DNA from: Chiloscyllium plagiosum
Taxonomy: Eukaryota
DNA length: 26,359 bases
Reading direction: 5' to 3'
NCBI RefSeq assembly: GCF_004010195.1
Contig: NC_057720.1
Coordinates: 36,398,140-36,424,498, forward strand
Shown: in pieces, positions 1 through 11,749 of the stretch
Numbering within the stretch: position 1 is the first letter of the stretch
How the letters are laid out: each line of letters starts with the position of its first letter
Translations under genes and position numbers: made by a program
The notes under the pieces: generated by a model
Database searches by the model: none
The model's input: only the letters and a program-made list of their open reading frames with translations
Told to the model about the DNA's origin: nothing

Positions 1-447
1 ACCAAGTCCTGGAACATGCTCGGGCAGAGCCCATTCATAGCCTCCAATTACCAGATTCCGGACATGCTCCAGCAGGCCCCACTCAGCCTCTGATCAGTGG
101 ACACCTACTGGATCCAGGAACATGCTCAGCATAGATATTAATTAATTCTGACAAACTGTTCCAACACAGTAACATCCCATAAACACACACTTGGCAAAAG
201 CAAATTCTGTAAAATAGGTTGTCTCACATGCAATTCTAGCAGCAGGCAGAGAACCCCAGCTTTTAGTTGTAACAGAAAGTGAGGAATAAGAACTACCACA
301 TCCAGTTTCAAGATCCCAGCAACTGCTACTGAGGACTAAAACTAAAAAATTCTGCTTCTGTGGGATGTTGATCGCACCCATTCAGGCTGCTTCTATTTTT
401 CTAACTTTTTTTTTTTTAAATGCCTCACAAGCTCCTTACTTTATTGT

Positions 448-3164
448 CTTTGGAACATTTCTCATCGATTTTCACGTAGGAAAAGGAGAATATTGTCGAG
501 GAGAAGAATGAAATATGAGATATTAGACTAGAAAGGATCGAGGTTAGTTACGAACAGGTGTTATCAATTCTAGAAGGAATGAAAGTAGACAAGTCCCCTG
601 GGCTGGATGGGATTTATCAGAGGATTCTCTGGGAAGCTAGAGAGGAGATAGTAGAGCCTTTGGCTTTGATATTTGAGTCGTCATTGTCTGCAGGTTTAGT
701 ACCAGAGGATTGGAGGATTGCAAATGTTGTGCCCTTGTTCAAGAAAGGAAGCAGAGATGACCCAGGTAATTATAGACCAGTGAGCCTTACTTCTGTTCTA
801 GGAAAGGTTTTGGAAAGGATTATAAGAGATAAGATTTATAAGCATCGAGCAAGCAACAATTTGATTTCAGATGGTCAACATGAGAAGGTCATGTCTCACA
901 AACTCTTAGTATTTTGAGAAGGTGACCAAGCATGTAGATGAGGGTAGGGCAGTTGACGTGATATACATGGACTTCAGTAAAGCCTTTGATAAGGTTCCAC
1001 ATAGTAGGCTGTTGGTGAAAATGCAGAGGCATGGAATTGAGGGTGATTTAGCAGTTTGGATTAGAAACTGGCTTTCTGAAAGAAGGCAGCAAGTGGTGGT
1101 TGATGGAAAATATTCAGCCTGGAGTCCGGTTACTAGTGGTGTGCCACAAGGATCTGTTTTGAGACCACTGCTGTTAGTCATTTTTATAAATGACTTAGAC
1201 ACAGGCATAGTGGATGGATTAGTAAATTTGCAGACAAAACTAAAGTCGGTGGAGTAGTAGACAGTTTGGAAGAATGTTACAGGTTGCAGGGGAACTTGGA
1301 TAAACTGCAGAATTGGGCTGAGAGATGGCAAATGGAGTCCAATGCAGCTAAGTGTGAGGTGATGCACTTTGGAAATAACAGCAGGAAGGCAGAGTACTGG
1401 GTCAATGGAAAGATTCTTGGGAGTGTGGATTGCAGAGGGATCTTGGAGTCCATGTACATAGATCCCTGAAAGTTGCCACCCAGGTTGGTAGTGCTGTTAA
1501 GAAGGCATACGGTGCATTAGGTTTTATTGGTAGAGGGACTGAGTTCCGGAGCCGCAATATCTTGCCGCAACTATACAAAACAGCAGCACTTGGAATATTG
1601 TGTACAGTTCTGGTCGCCATATTTCGAGAAGGATGTGGAAGCATTGTAAACGGTGCAGAGGAGATTTACCAGGATGTTGCCTGGTCTGGAGTGAAGGTCT
1701 TATGGGGAAAAGGCTGAAAGACTTAGGTGTGTTTTCATTGGAAAGAAGGCAGCTAAGAGGTGATTTGATAGAGACATACAAGATGATCAGAGGATTAGAT
1801 AGGGTAGATAGTGAAAGTCTTCTTGCTAGGATGATGACGTCAGCTTGTATGAGGGGGCATAACTTCAAATTGAGGGGTGATAGATTTAAGACAGATGTCA
1901 GAGGCAGATTTAAAAGCAAATTACTGCAGATGCTAGAATCTGAAACCAAAAGAGAAAATGCTGGAAAATCTCAGCAGGTCTGGCAGCATCTGTAAGGAGA
2001 GAAAAGAGCTGACGTTGAGTCTAACTGACCTTTTGTCAAAGTGGATCGAAACTGGAAGCGAAGTTTATGAATTTTTCCAGGTCAGGACGAGAGCATGAAG
2101 CTGTACCGAAATAGTCATCAATGTACCGATAAAGCAGTTGTGGGAGGGGACCTGGGTAGGCCTGGAACAAGAAATGTTCCGCATACCCCATGAAAAGGCA
2201 GGCATAGCTAGGACCCATGTGGGTACCCATTGCTACACCATTGATTTGGAGAAAATGGGATGAGTTGAAGGAGAAGTTGTTGAGAGAGAGAACAAGTTCA
2301 GCCAGGTGGAAGAGAGAGGTGGTGGATAGAGATTGTTCAGGCCTCTTTTCGAGAAAGAAGCAAAGAGCTTTCTAGCAGTCTTGGTGTGGGATGGAGGTGT
2401 AAAGAGATTGCACATCAATGGTGAATAGAAGGTGGTTGGAGCCTGCGAATTGAAAGCTGTCAATGTGTCGCAAGGCATCAGAGGAATCCTGGATGTAGGT
2501 GGGGAGGGAATGAACCAGAGGAGTAGGGATGGAGTCAAGGTAAGAGGAAATAAGTTCAGTGGGGCAGGAGCATGCTGACACAATGGGCCTGCCGGGACAG
2601 TCGGCATCCAGAGGAAATGAGGTCAGTCACAGTGTGGGAGACAATGGCTTGATGCTCAGTGGTGTGGTCATGGGCTGGGGGAGGTAGGAGGAGGAATCTT
2701 TATAGGGTAGGTAAGATTGAACTTTGACAAAGGGTCAGTTAGACGAACAGGATTGTATGTAAAATTTTGCTTCAAGGTACGAACGTAAAAGGCCCGTGTG
2801 CAACCACATGGTTTCATTGTCCTGCTTTGCTACGCACTTGTTGAACGCAAAAGCTCTCAGGTCCCACGTGATCTCATTCAGTCAGCTCTTTTCTCTCCTT
2901 ACAGATGCTGCCAGACCTGTTGAGATTTTCCAGCATTTTCTCTTTTGGTCAGAGGCAGGTTCTTTACTGAGAGAGTGGTAAGGGCATGGAATGCCCTACC
3001 TGCCAATGTAGTTAACTCAGCCACATTAGGGAGATTTAAACAATCCTTGGATAAGCACATGGATGATGATGGGATAGTGTAGGAGAACGAGCTGAGAATA
3101 GTTCACAGGTCAGTGCAACATCGAGGGCCGAAGGGCCTGTTCTGCACTGTATTGTTCTATGTTC
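448..3164 (+). mobile_element. 5'-truncated CR1 LINE (decayed ORF2 RT plus 3' UTR), interrupted by a Penelope-like insertion at 1911-2947
   Basis: Frameshifted RT motifs [66 protein letters not shown]1 3' end ending tattgttctatgttc. The sequence is continuous across the insertion via TSD gtcagaggcag(a/g)tt. The 5' boundary is approximate. Confidence 0.93.
1911..2947 (-). mobile_element. Penelope-like element (PLE) with inverted terminal arms and an internal RT fragment
   Basis: 1945-2013 is the near-perfect reverse complement of 2881-2949. Minus-strand PLE RT motifs SACSCPTELIS, DVQSLYTSIPH, MGTHMGPSYACLFMG, YRYIDD. 14-bp TSD at 1897-1910 and 2948-2961 (1 mismatch). Confidence 0.9.
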
Positions 3165-3174
3165 AATATCAGTA

Positions 3175-3526
3175 CAGTAGCACCTCGACATACGAACGAC
3201 CCCGTTCATGAACAAATCGGTTTACGAACAGGATTGTACGTAAAATTTTGCTTCAACGTACATACGAAATTCAAGGTACGATCGCAAAAAGCCCATGTGC
3301 GACCAAGTGGTTTCATTGTGCTGCTTTGCTACGTGCTTGTTGAACACAAAAGCTCTCGGGCCCCGCGTGATCTCATTCAGTTCGTCTTTGGTGCGTGCGC
3401 TGTGAACAGCCGTCCAAGCATTCTTACGTTATCCAAACAATGGGAAAAATTCATTCAGTTCGCAAACTTTTCGGTTCGCGAAACGGGTCCCGGAACGGAT
3501 TAAGTTCGTAAGTCGAGGCGCTACTG
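3175..3526. mobile_element. Non-autonomous Tc1/mariner (Tigger/pogo-like) MITE, 352 bp
   Basis: 23-bp TIRs cagtagcacctcgacatacgaac / gttcgtaagtcgaggcgctactg (2 mismatches); TA at 3173-3174 and 3527-3528; no transposase ORF. Confidence 0.9.
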
Positions 3527-3894
3527 TATATAGAATATTTGAAGGTGGAAAGATTGACAAGTTTAACTGAAAAAGTTGGTAGAAAATAATATCAGGACAA
3601 GGAAGGCAAAAATGAAATCCCCAGATCAAACAGCACTTAATTTAAAAATGTACATATTACTATAATATTTACAACTGATGATATCATTCTCTACCTCACT
3701 TATCTGCTTTCCAGTTGGGTGGGACTATCTTTGCTTGATTCCACTTTTACCTACAGCCAACAGCATCTCCAGCAATAGCTTTCCTGCCTATGCTGAACAC
3801 TCTCCAAAGGAACAACGGCTTAACCTTTTATCTTCCTCAGTCGTATGCTACCCTAGTAAATGTTAGCATGGCTTCCCTTTACTGCAATCAATCG

Positions 3895-4515
3895 TAGTCG
3901 CACACTAGCTTCAGAGTTTTAAAATTCCAGGTTTAAGTCCCACTCGAGCACTTCTGTGCAGGAATCAAGTTTGACATTCCAATACACTGTTGAGGGAAGG
4001 AGTTCTCCCATGCCTTGAGCAAAATTTATCCCTCAATAACACTTGGCTTGATTATTTCTTGTTCTTTGTGGTAATTTTTTTTTAGATTAGATTACTTACA
4101 GTGTGGAAACAGGCCCTTCGGCCCAACAAGTCCACACCGACCCGCCGAAGCGCACCCACCCAGACCCATTCCCCTACATTTACCCCTGCACCTAACACTA
4201 CGGGCAATTTAGCATGGCCAATTCACCTAATCTGCACATTTTTGGACTGTGGGAGGAAACCGGAGCACCCGGAGGAAACCCACGCAGACACAGGGAGAAT
4301 GTGCAAACTCCACACAGTCAGTCGCCTGAGGCGGGAATTGAACTCGGGTCTCTGGCGCTGTGAGGCAGCAGTGCTAACCACTGTGCCACCGTGCCGCCCC
4401 AAATTTGCTGTGCATAAATTGGCTGCTGCATTTTCTCAAGTATTTGCACTCCAAAAAGTACATTGAGATAATCAGTGGCTGTAAAAAACATTTAAATATA
4501 AAACTTTCTTTTTCC
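3895..4515 (+). mobile_element. Old, degenerate Deu-domain SINE (SacSINE1-like), interrupted by HE1
   Basis: Decayed B-box ggtttaagtcccact; Deu-like segments ggagttctccc...aatttatccctcaa and ttgctgtgcataaattggctgctgcattt on both sides of the HE1 insertion; tail ggctgtaaa...ctttcttttt. Recognised from memory of the consensus; boundaries approximate. Confidence 0.65.
4078..4400 (-). mobile_element. HE1-type tRNA-derived V-SINE, full length
   Basis: Minus-strand head ggcggcacggtggcacagtggttagcactgctgcctcacagcgcc with A box TGGCACAGTGG and B box GTTCAATTCC; V-domain core (+ strand ggaggaaacccacgcagacacagggagaatgtgcaaactccaca); CR1-like tail with tctaa repeats; possible aattt TSD at 4073-4077 and 4402-4406. 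Confidence 0.92.
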
Positions 4516-4721
4516 TTAAAAAAGGACAACAATGATACATGACTGGAAAAGAAACAAATTTTAGTTAGGTAAAAAATAACGCAGAGTTTAAATTAGAAAC
4601 AAAATGTTGAAGAGAACCACAATCAACAAGATACTTAAACAAAGAAAGAGTTAAAAATCCATCTAGTTCACTGATGCCTTTTAGAGAAGTAAATTTGCTA
4701 TTGTTACTTGGTGTGGCCTAC

Positions 4722-5766
4722 ATGATGGGTCGAGGAGTGGCCGATGTTGTTTAATTTAGACAAATGGGAGTGCTGAATTTGGAAAGACAAATCAGGGCAG
4801 GACTTATACACTTAATGGTAGTATCCTGGGGAGTGCTGCTGAACAAAGAGACATTGGAGTGAAGGTTCATATTCCTTGAAAAAGAAGTAACAGATGGACA
4901 AGGTAATGAAGATGCTTGGTACGCTTGCCTTTATTGGTCAATACATTGAGTACAGGAGTATGGATGTCATGTTGCGACTGTACAGGACACTGGATGGACC
5001 ACTTTTGGAATACTGCATTCAATTCTCGTCTTCGTCCTATAGGAAAGATGTTGTTAAACTTGAAAAGGGTTCAGAAAAGATTTACAAGGATATTGCCAAG
5101 GTTGGAAGATTGAGCTATGGATAGAAGCTAAATAGACTGGGACTATTTTCCATGGAGAGTCAGAGGCTGAGGAGGTGACCTTATAGAGATTTATAAAATC
5201 ATGAGGGGCATGGTTACGGTGAATAGTCAAGGTCTTTCTCCCCACGGTATGGGAGCCAAAAATCAAGGGCATAGGTGTAAGCTGAGAGGGAAAAGATTTG
5301 AAAGGGACATAACGGGCAACATTTTCAAGCAGAAGGTGATTGTGTTTATGAAATGAGTTGCCAGAGGAAGTGGTGGTGGGTAGAATTACAACATTTAAAA
5401 GGCATTTGGGTTGGTATGTGAATAGGAAGGATTTAGAGGGATATGGGCCAAACGCTGGCAAATAGGACTAGCTTAACTAAGGATACAGTCAGTTCTTCTA
5501 TTACTCGATGGTTGCATTCTTGTGTAATCCCACATTTAAGAAACATTGCGCTTTAAAAACAATGCTTAAAGTGTTGGAGATGTAATCGCATTATAGTCAA
5601 CACAGATTTTAAAAGTTTAGAAATAGTGTCCCCAATTCATCAGTCGCATTACAGCGAAATCACATTGACAAAATGCAAACTATAGCAGAAGGACCTGTAG
5701 CTGGTCAGCTCAGACAAGTTGGATGATAGGGTCTACTTCCACGCTGTACAACTCTATGACTCTATG
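4722..5766 (+). mobile_element. CR1 LINE 3' fragment, interrupted by a MITE at 5486-5697
   Basis: LYRTLDGPLLEYCIQF and RVQKRFTRILP motifs; 3' tail ctctatgactctatg; CR1 UTR resumes after the MITE (ggata|gctggtc). Confidence 0.88.
5486..5697. mobile_element. Degenerate Tc1/mariner-type MITE, 212 bp
   Basis: ta-CAG...CTG-ta termini; imperfect TIRs cagtcagttcttctatta vs rc caggtccttctgctata; removing it restores the CR1 3' UTR. Confidence 0.7.
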
Positions 5767-5769
5767 TGA

Positions 5770-5862
5770 CCCCAGATCCACAATGCGGTTGACTCTTCAT
5801 TGAAAGATGGGCAATAAATGCTGGTATAACCAGAAATTTCCACATCCAATGAATGAAAATAA
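5770..5862 (+). mobile_element. Short 3' tail of an old LINE
   Basis: gatgggcaataaatgctgg...ccacatccaatgaatgaaaataa: AATAAA followed by an (aatg)n terminal repeat, resembling shark LINE 3' ends from memory. Confidence 0.45.
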
Positions 5863-5869
5863 CATCACA

Positions 5870-6270
5870 TGCATGTCCAGTAGAAAGGAGGCACTGGTTT
5901 ACCTGGTTGTTGGCAATAAAGTGGGCCAAATAGAAAACAAATTGACAGTGGGGGAAGCATTTCAATGGCAGCATTCATTGTATTGCAAGTTTAGGATGAC
6001 AATGAAAAATGACATACATCATTAGGAATAGTCAACTGGCAGACAGTGGAATTCAATCGGAGAAGGTCAAAGATGGGCCGGATAGAGTAGGCCCAAATAT
6101 TGATGTATTCTCTTAAAAGGGAAAAGGAGGAAAGCCACCCAACAGGTCACTGAAACATGCGTACAAAATTGGCTGAGGGGTATGTGAGAGAGACTAATAA
6201 ATAATGGATTTTTTTTGGATTGGACAAAGGTTTGTGGAGAGGTTCCCAAGGGCTCAGTACTGGAACCAAT
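5870..6270 (+). mobile_element. Highly decayed CR1 fragments (endonuclease C-terminus and RT remnants)
   Basis: RKEALVYLVVGNKVGQIENKLTVGEAF resembles CR1 APE motif LDLVLGNExGQV...VGEHF; ggaggttcccaagggctcagtactgga resembles GVPQGSVLG. Confidence 0.5.
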
Positions 6271-6644
6271 CCTGATTCAGTAAACAGTGGAGGAGCAGCA
6301 TCAGGCAAATCAGAAAATATCAAGAAATGGCTGAAAGCACTGGATACTACAAAGGATATGTGCCCTGATGACATTTTGGTAATAGTGCTGAAAATGTGCT
6401 TTAGAACTAGCCACATAGAATTATAGAGACATACAGTACAAAAACAGACCCTTTGGTACTACTCATCCATGTTGACCTGATACCCGAAATTAATAGCTCC
6501 ATTCATCAATATTTGGCCCAAATCCCTCAGAATCCTTCCTATTCTTGTATCCATCCAGATGCCTTTTAAATGCTGTAATTGTACCAGCCTCCAGCACTTC
6601 CTCTGGCAGCTCATTCCACACATGCACCACCCTTTGCCTGAAAA

Positions 6645-7409
6645 CACAGATGTACAGCATGGAAACAGACCCTTCGTTCCAACCCGTCCATGCCGACCAG
6701 ATATCCCAACACAATCCAGTCCCACCTGCCAGCACCCGGCCCATATCCCTCCAAACCCTTCCTATTCATATACCCATCCAAACGCCTCTTAAATGTTGCA
6801 ATTGTACCAGCCTCCACCCCATCCTCTGGCAGCTCATTCCATACACGTACCACCCTCTGTGTGAAAAAGTTGCCCCTTAGGTCTGTTTTATATCTTTACC
6901 CTCTCACCCTAAACCTATGCCCTCTAGTTCTGGACTCCCCGATCCCAGGGAAAAGACTTTGTCTATTTATCCTATCCATGCCCCTCATAATTTTGTACAC
7001 CTCTATATGGTCACCCCTCAGCCTCCAACGCTCCAGGGAAAACAGTCCCAGCCTGTTCAGCCTCTCCCTGTAGCTCAGATCCTCCAACCCTGGCAACATC
7101 CTTGTAAATCTTTTCTGAACCCTTTCAAGTTTCACAACATCTTTCCGATAGGAAGGAGACCAGAATTGCACACAATATTCCAACAGTGGCCTGACCAATG
7201 TCCTGTACAGCCACAACGTGACCTCCCAACTCCTATACTCAATGCTCTGACCAATAAAGGAAAGCATACCAAATGCCTTCTTCACTATCATATCTATCTG
7301 CGACTCCACTTTCAAGGAGCTATGAACCTGCACTCCAAGGTCTCTTTGTTCAGCAACACTCCCTAGGATCTTACCATTAAGTGTATAAGTCCTGCTAAGA
7401 TTTGCTTTA
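6645..7409 (-). mobile_element. Younger 5'-truncated CR1 nested in the older CR1
   Basis: Second copy of the CR1 C-terminus and 3' UTR, with a long stop-free stretch (RDLGVQVHSSLK...LLEYCVQFWSP...RGHRFRVRG); the host sequence breaks at gcctgaaaa| and resumes at |actccttaggtcc. Confidence 0.88.
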
Positions 7410-7454
7410 CTCCTTAGGTCCTTTTTAAATCTTTCCTTGTGCACCTTAAACCTA

Positions 7455-7648
7455 GTTAAAAATCAAACAACACCAGGTTATAGTCCAACAGGTTTATCTG
7501 GATGCACTAGCTTTCAGAGCGCTGCTCCTTCATCAGGTGGTTGGAGCAGCACTCCAAAAGCTAGTGCTTCTAAGTAAACCTGTTGGACTTATAACCTGGT
7601 GTTGTGTGATTTTTAACTTTGTACATCCCCAGTCCGACATCTCCAAAT
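7455..7648. mobile_element. 194-bp fold-back mini-PLE with hammerhead motif
   Basis: gttaaaaatc...ggttatagtccaacaggttt is inverted as aaacctgttggacttataacc...gatttttaac. Minus-strand CTGATGA-aggagcagcgctct-GAAAGCT at 7509-7536. Degenerate 13-bp TSD cac(c/t)ttaaa(c/a)cta at 7442-7454 and 7649-7661. Confidence 0.85.
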
Positions 7649-10081
7649 CACTTTAAAACTATGCCCTCAAGTTTTGGACTCCGTCACCCTAGTGAAAAGA
7701 ACTTGTCTATTAACCCTATCCATGCCCCTTATGATTTTATAAACCTCAATAAGGTCACCCCTCAGCCTCCGACGCTCCAGGGAAAATAGCCCCAGTCTAT
7801 TCAGCCTCTCCCTATAGCTCAAACTCCACAACATTGACAACATCCCTGTAAATCTTTTCAGAACACTTTCAAGCTTCACAACATCAAAGGAGACCAGAAT
7901 TGCACGCAGCATTCCAAAAGTAGTTTAACCAATGTCCTGTACAGCCTCAATGTGACCTCCCAACTCCTACACAATGCACTGACCAATAAAGGAAAACATA
8001 CCAAGCACCTTCTTCACTATCACATCTACCTGCGACTCCACTTTCTAGGCACTATGAACCTGCATGCCAAGGTCTCTTTGTTCAGCAACACGCCCCAGGA
8101 CCTTATCATTAATTGTATAAGTCCAGCCCTGATGTGCTGTTCCAAAATGCAGCACCTCACATATAACTAAATTAAACTCCATCTGCCACCGCTCGGTCTA
8201 TTGGGCCATCAGACCAAGATCCCATTGAACTCTGAGGTAACCTTCTTCGCTATCCACTACATCTCCAATTTTGGTGTCAACTACAAACTTACTAACCATA
8301 CCTCCTATGTTCATATCCAAACCGTTTATATAAATGACAAAAAGCAGTGGACCCAGCACCAATCCTTGTGGCACACCACTGGTCACAGGCCTCAAGTCTG
8401 AAAAGTAACCCTCCACCAATGCCCTCCATCTTCTTTTATCAAGCTGGTTCTGTATCCAAATGGCTAGTTCTCCGTGTATTCTATGTGATCTAATTTTGCT
8501 AACCAATCTACCATAAGGAACTTTGTTAAACACCTTACTGAAGTCCGTATAGATCACACCCACCAGTCCATGCTCAATCGTCTTCAGTGAATTGTTTTGA
8601 AGTAATCAAGTTTGAGAGACACCATTTCCCACGCACAAAGCCATGTTGACTACCCCTAATCAGATCTTGCCTATCCAAATACATATAAATCCTGTCCCTC
8701 AAGATTCCCTCCAACAACTTGCCCATTACCAATGTCAGGCTCACTGGTCTGTAGTTCTCTGGCTTTTCTTTACAATTTTTATTAAACAGTGGAACCACGT
8801 TAGCCAACCTCCAGTCTTCCGACACCTCACCTGTGGCTATCAATGATACAAATATCTCAGCAAGGAGCCCAGCAATGACTTCCATGGCTTCCTATGGAGT
8901 TCTAGCATACACCTGATCAAATTCCAGGAATCTATCCACCTTTGTATGTTTTAAGGTGTCCAGCATCTCCTTCTCTGTAATACGGACATTAAGATGTTGC
9001 TATTTATTTCCCCATGTTCTCTCTGTTCCATATCGTTCCCCACAACAAACACTGATGCAAAATACTCATTGGGTGTCTCCCCTATCTCCTGCAGTTCCAC
9101 ATATAGGCAACCTTGCTGATTTTTAAGGGGCATCTCTATCTTAAATACAGATACAATACTGGCATCTATCACAATGTGGAGAACTGCTCCATCATATTCT
9201 GCATACAGGGCAAGTCAAATCCAACATGCTGAGATTGATCTACTCTTGATCAACAGCAAATTATGGGAGTAAATGTGCTGAACTTCAGAGATGAGGTGAG
9301 ATGACAATACTGCCCTTAACAACAACAGTCGTATTCAAGCAAGTATGGTATGAAGTGACCTAGGCAAAACTGGAGTCAATGGGATTCTGGAGAAAATTCT
9401 CCACTGGTTGAATTCATTTCCAGTGCAAAGGAAGACAGAGTGAATTAAAAGTGCATAATTTCACAATATGCTGCATGAAATTTTATCATGTATTGCCTGT
9501 CTACATCATTATCCTGTCATAAAAACAAAAACTATGATAAATATAAAAATGCTAAAGGGTATCAGAAAAGTTTAGAAATTACAATTATGCAAAAAGCCAA
9601 GGGCAATAGAAAGGCTTCTTTATGCCTATCCCTATTTGCTTTAAGGTGATGCAGACCTTTTCCTTCAACTACTGCAATCCTCATCATAATCATTTTCCTA
9701 CAATGCATTAGATAGAATTTTAAAATATTATAAATCCATTTGCAGTAAGAACATAAAATGAAAAAGTGATGAAGGAGGCAATTTTGTAGAGGTTAGTACA
9801 AAACGTTGCCTCAGTTTTCACATTTTAACTGGATTTTAATTGAAAACCATTAATAGAGATTATTGTATATAGCAACATTATTGTACTTTCTATTTTAAAA
9901 CCAGATTTGTGTAAAGCTTAGTTAATTAGAAGTCTTTCATGTGGAACTAAGCTTTCAAAGCACCACTCACTGTTTAATCACTAATGTCCTCAAAAGTAGT
10001 CAAGGTTTTTTTTGCCAGCAAGAATCTCTTTCCTCCAAATCAACGGTGCTTGGCTTTTTTATTACATTAATGCTATGAAAT

Positions 10082-10530
10082 TCTGGATGTAAGTTTGCTC
10101 GTTGACTTGGAAGGTTCACTTTCAGAAGTTTCATCACCATACTAAGTAACATCAGTGAGCCTCAGGTGAAGCACTGGCATTATGAGCCACTTTCTATTTG
10201 TGTGTTTAGGTTTCCTTGGGTTGGTGACATCATTTCCTGTTCTTTTTCTCAGGAGAGAGATAGATGGGGTCCAAGTTAATGTATTTGCTAATAGAGTTCT
10301 GGTTGGAATGTCATTCTTCTAGGAATTCTCGTGCGTGTTTCTGTTTGGCACGCACAAAAAAACCTAAACTCAAATATAAAGCAGCTCATAACACCCATGC
10401 TTCACCAGAGGCTCACTGATGATATTACTTAGTATGGTGACAAAACATCTGAAAACAAACCTTCCAGCTCAGTGAGCAAACTTACATCCAGAAGCTCCAC
10501 TTGAGCTACAAATCTTCTCAAAATTTGCTA
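10082..10530. mobile_element. 449-bp fold-back mini-PLE with decayed hammerhead motif
   Basis: Inverted arms (ttctggatgtaagtttgctc / gagcaaacttacatccagaa); ctgatga-tattacttagtatggtgac-aaaac near 10416-10446; perfect 13-bp TSD aatgctatgaaat at 10069-10081 and 10531-10543; same tail (gagctacaaatcttctca) as the 21230 element. Confidence 0.85.
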
Positions 10531-11329
10531 AATGCTATGAAATGCACAGAATACAGTTTTTTTTTGTAACATTTCTACCCATATTATCAGCACTACTCAA
10601 AATTCCTAAAAGGCAGCGCAATTCCCACTTTATAAAAAAAAATCCTGTTTCTGTTGAGGAAGTCTAGACAATCTTAAAACATGTAGTATTTTTTGAAGTG
10701 GCAATATATTAACTGGGACTCATTTTAAAGTTATAAACTCCTCACTTAACAAGAAACAGAACCCAATAAGTAAAAAGATTGTCACATAAAATCATGAATT
10801 GTGGCAGCATAATTTGAATAAGGAAAATTCATACTGCAATAAGACCAAGTTTCAAAACGCAATCAAGTATGCGAAAACAGCAACTACTGCAGTACGAACT
10901 CATAAATACTGCAATGATATGCTTTTGTTTAGCCCAAGTCACCAAGATCCTTCAAATGTCGACATCACCTAAAATGCTATCTACTAAACATGCTGGTATT
11001 TTAATTACGTCCATGTAAATTGGCTACTATTTATAATATGCTTGGACTTCGTGAATTTTAAGCGTGGACTTAGTTCAGAACTACAATATGTTTCCACCTG
11101 CTGGACGTTTCCTTCCAACGGCAGGACAGGCAGCAATAACATAGCTTTTGCATTGGGCCCCCATTTACAGCTAGGCCCAAGTATTTGATTCTGATTCTTC
11201 AAAGGTAACAATCAAGATAAATAAATGACTACGACAACCACGTCGACTTATTACAAACGATAAACCAAATACCTTTACTGTTCACCTCAAAGACAAGCTT
11301 TACTTTCCGTTTTAAATGCGCTTCTCACG

Positions 11330-11720
11330 CTTCCTGCCTAACACCGGTCAGATCCAACTGCATTATGGGAAACCCGCATGCCCACAGAGCGCAGGCGCGA
11401 ATCGCGCCACATCCTGGGAAACGTAGTCCTGAGAGTTGGTCCGAAATTGTTGGAAATAGTTAACTGGCTTCAGGCTAAGGTAGGAACGCGCGTTACTTTT
11501 TAATATATAGAATATTAATTTTGGCATTGTTCGCAAATTATGACATTAAAACTTTTGAAGCAATGACTGAATATCCGCTAAGTTTTTAGCAGGTTTCACA
11601 CGCTCACCGGTGCGATTGGAGGGGCGGGGCGGGGCGGGGCGGGGCGGGAACAGCAGCGCGAAAAACGCGCGAGGGGCGTCGGTTCGAGTGCAGGAGGAGC
11701 GGCACGTGACAGAGCGCGAG
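11330..11720. promoter_or_regulatory. CpG-island promoter, possibly bidirectional
   Basis: Clearest CpG-rich non-repeat segment. ZNF143/SBS motifs at 11360-11372 (rc tttcccataatgc) and 11410-11427 (rc ACTACgttTCCCAggatg); NRF1-like gcgcaggcgc 11389-11398; palindrome ggcgcga-a-tcgcgcc 11394-11408; reverse CCAAT 11615-11619; (ggggc)n GC boxes 11621-11648; E2F-like ggcgggaa and gcgcgaaaa 11643-11664; E-box CACGTG 11703-11708. Confidence 0.85.
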
Positions 11721-11749
11721 CGAGTCGGTGACAGTTCGAGGAGACGGCA

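Larger units (their letters stand above)
6414..9135 (-). mobile_element. Older CR1 LINE (RT plus 3' UTR) containing a younger CR1 and a mini-PLE
   Basis: Minus-strand [68 protein letters not shown]; 3' end near 6414. Confidence 0.9.
6318..9442 (+). mobile_element. Old LINE RT relic in two pieces (6318-6413 and about 9150-9442), split by minus-strand CR1s
   Basis: IKKWLKALDTTKDMCPDDILVIVLKMC (KAxGPD region) on the left; the right piece has decayed downstream RT sequence (aaactggagtcaatgggatt...ctccactggttg, KLESMGI..LHWL). Confidence 0.55.

Noticed and set aside
3690..3853. Possible minus-strand coding exon
   Set aside because: Splice-like signals exist but all three frames contain stops; no support beyond chance.
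4330..4400. tRNA gene
   Set aside because: A and B boxes are present but run into a SINE body and tail; no complete cloverleaf.
10831..10916. Repeated atactgcaat as a miRNA or snoRNA signal
   Set aside because: Direct 10-nt repeat with no precursor hairpin or box motifs that I can support.
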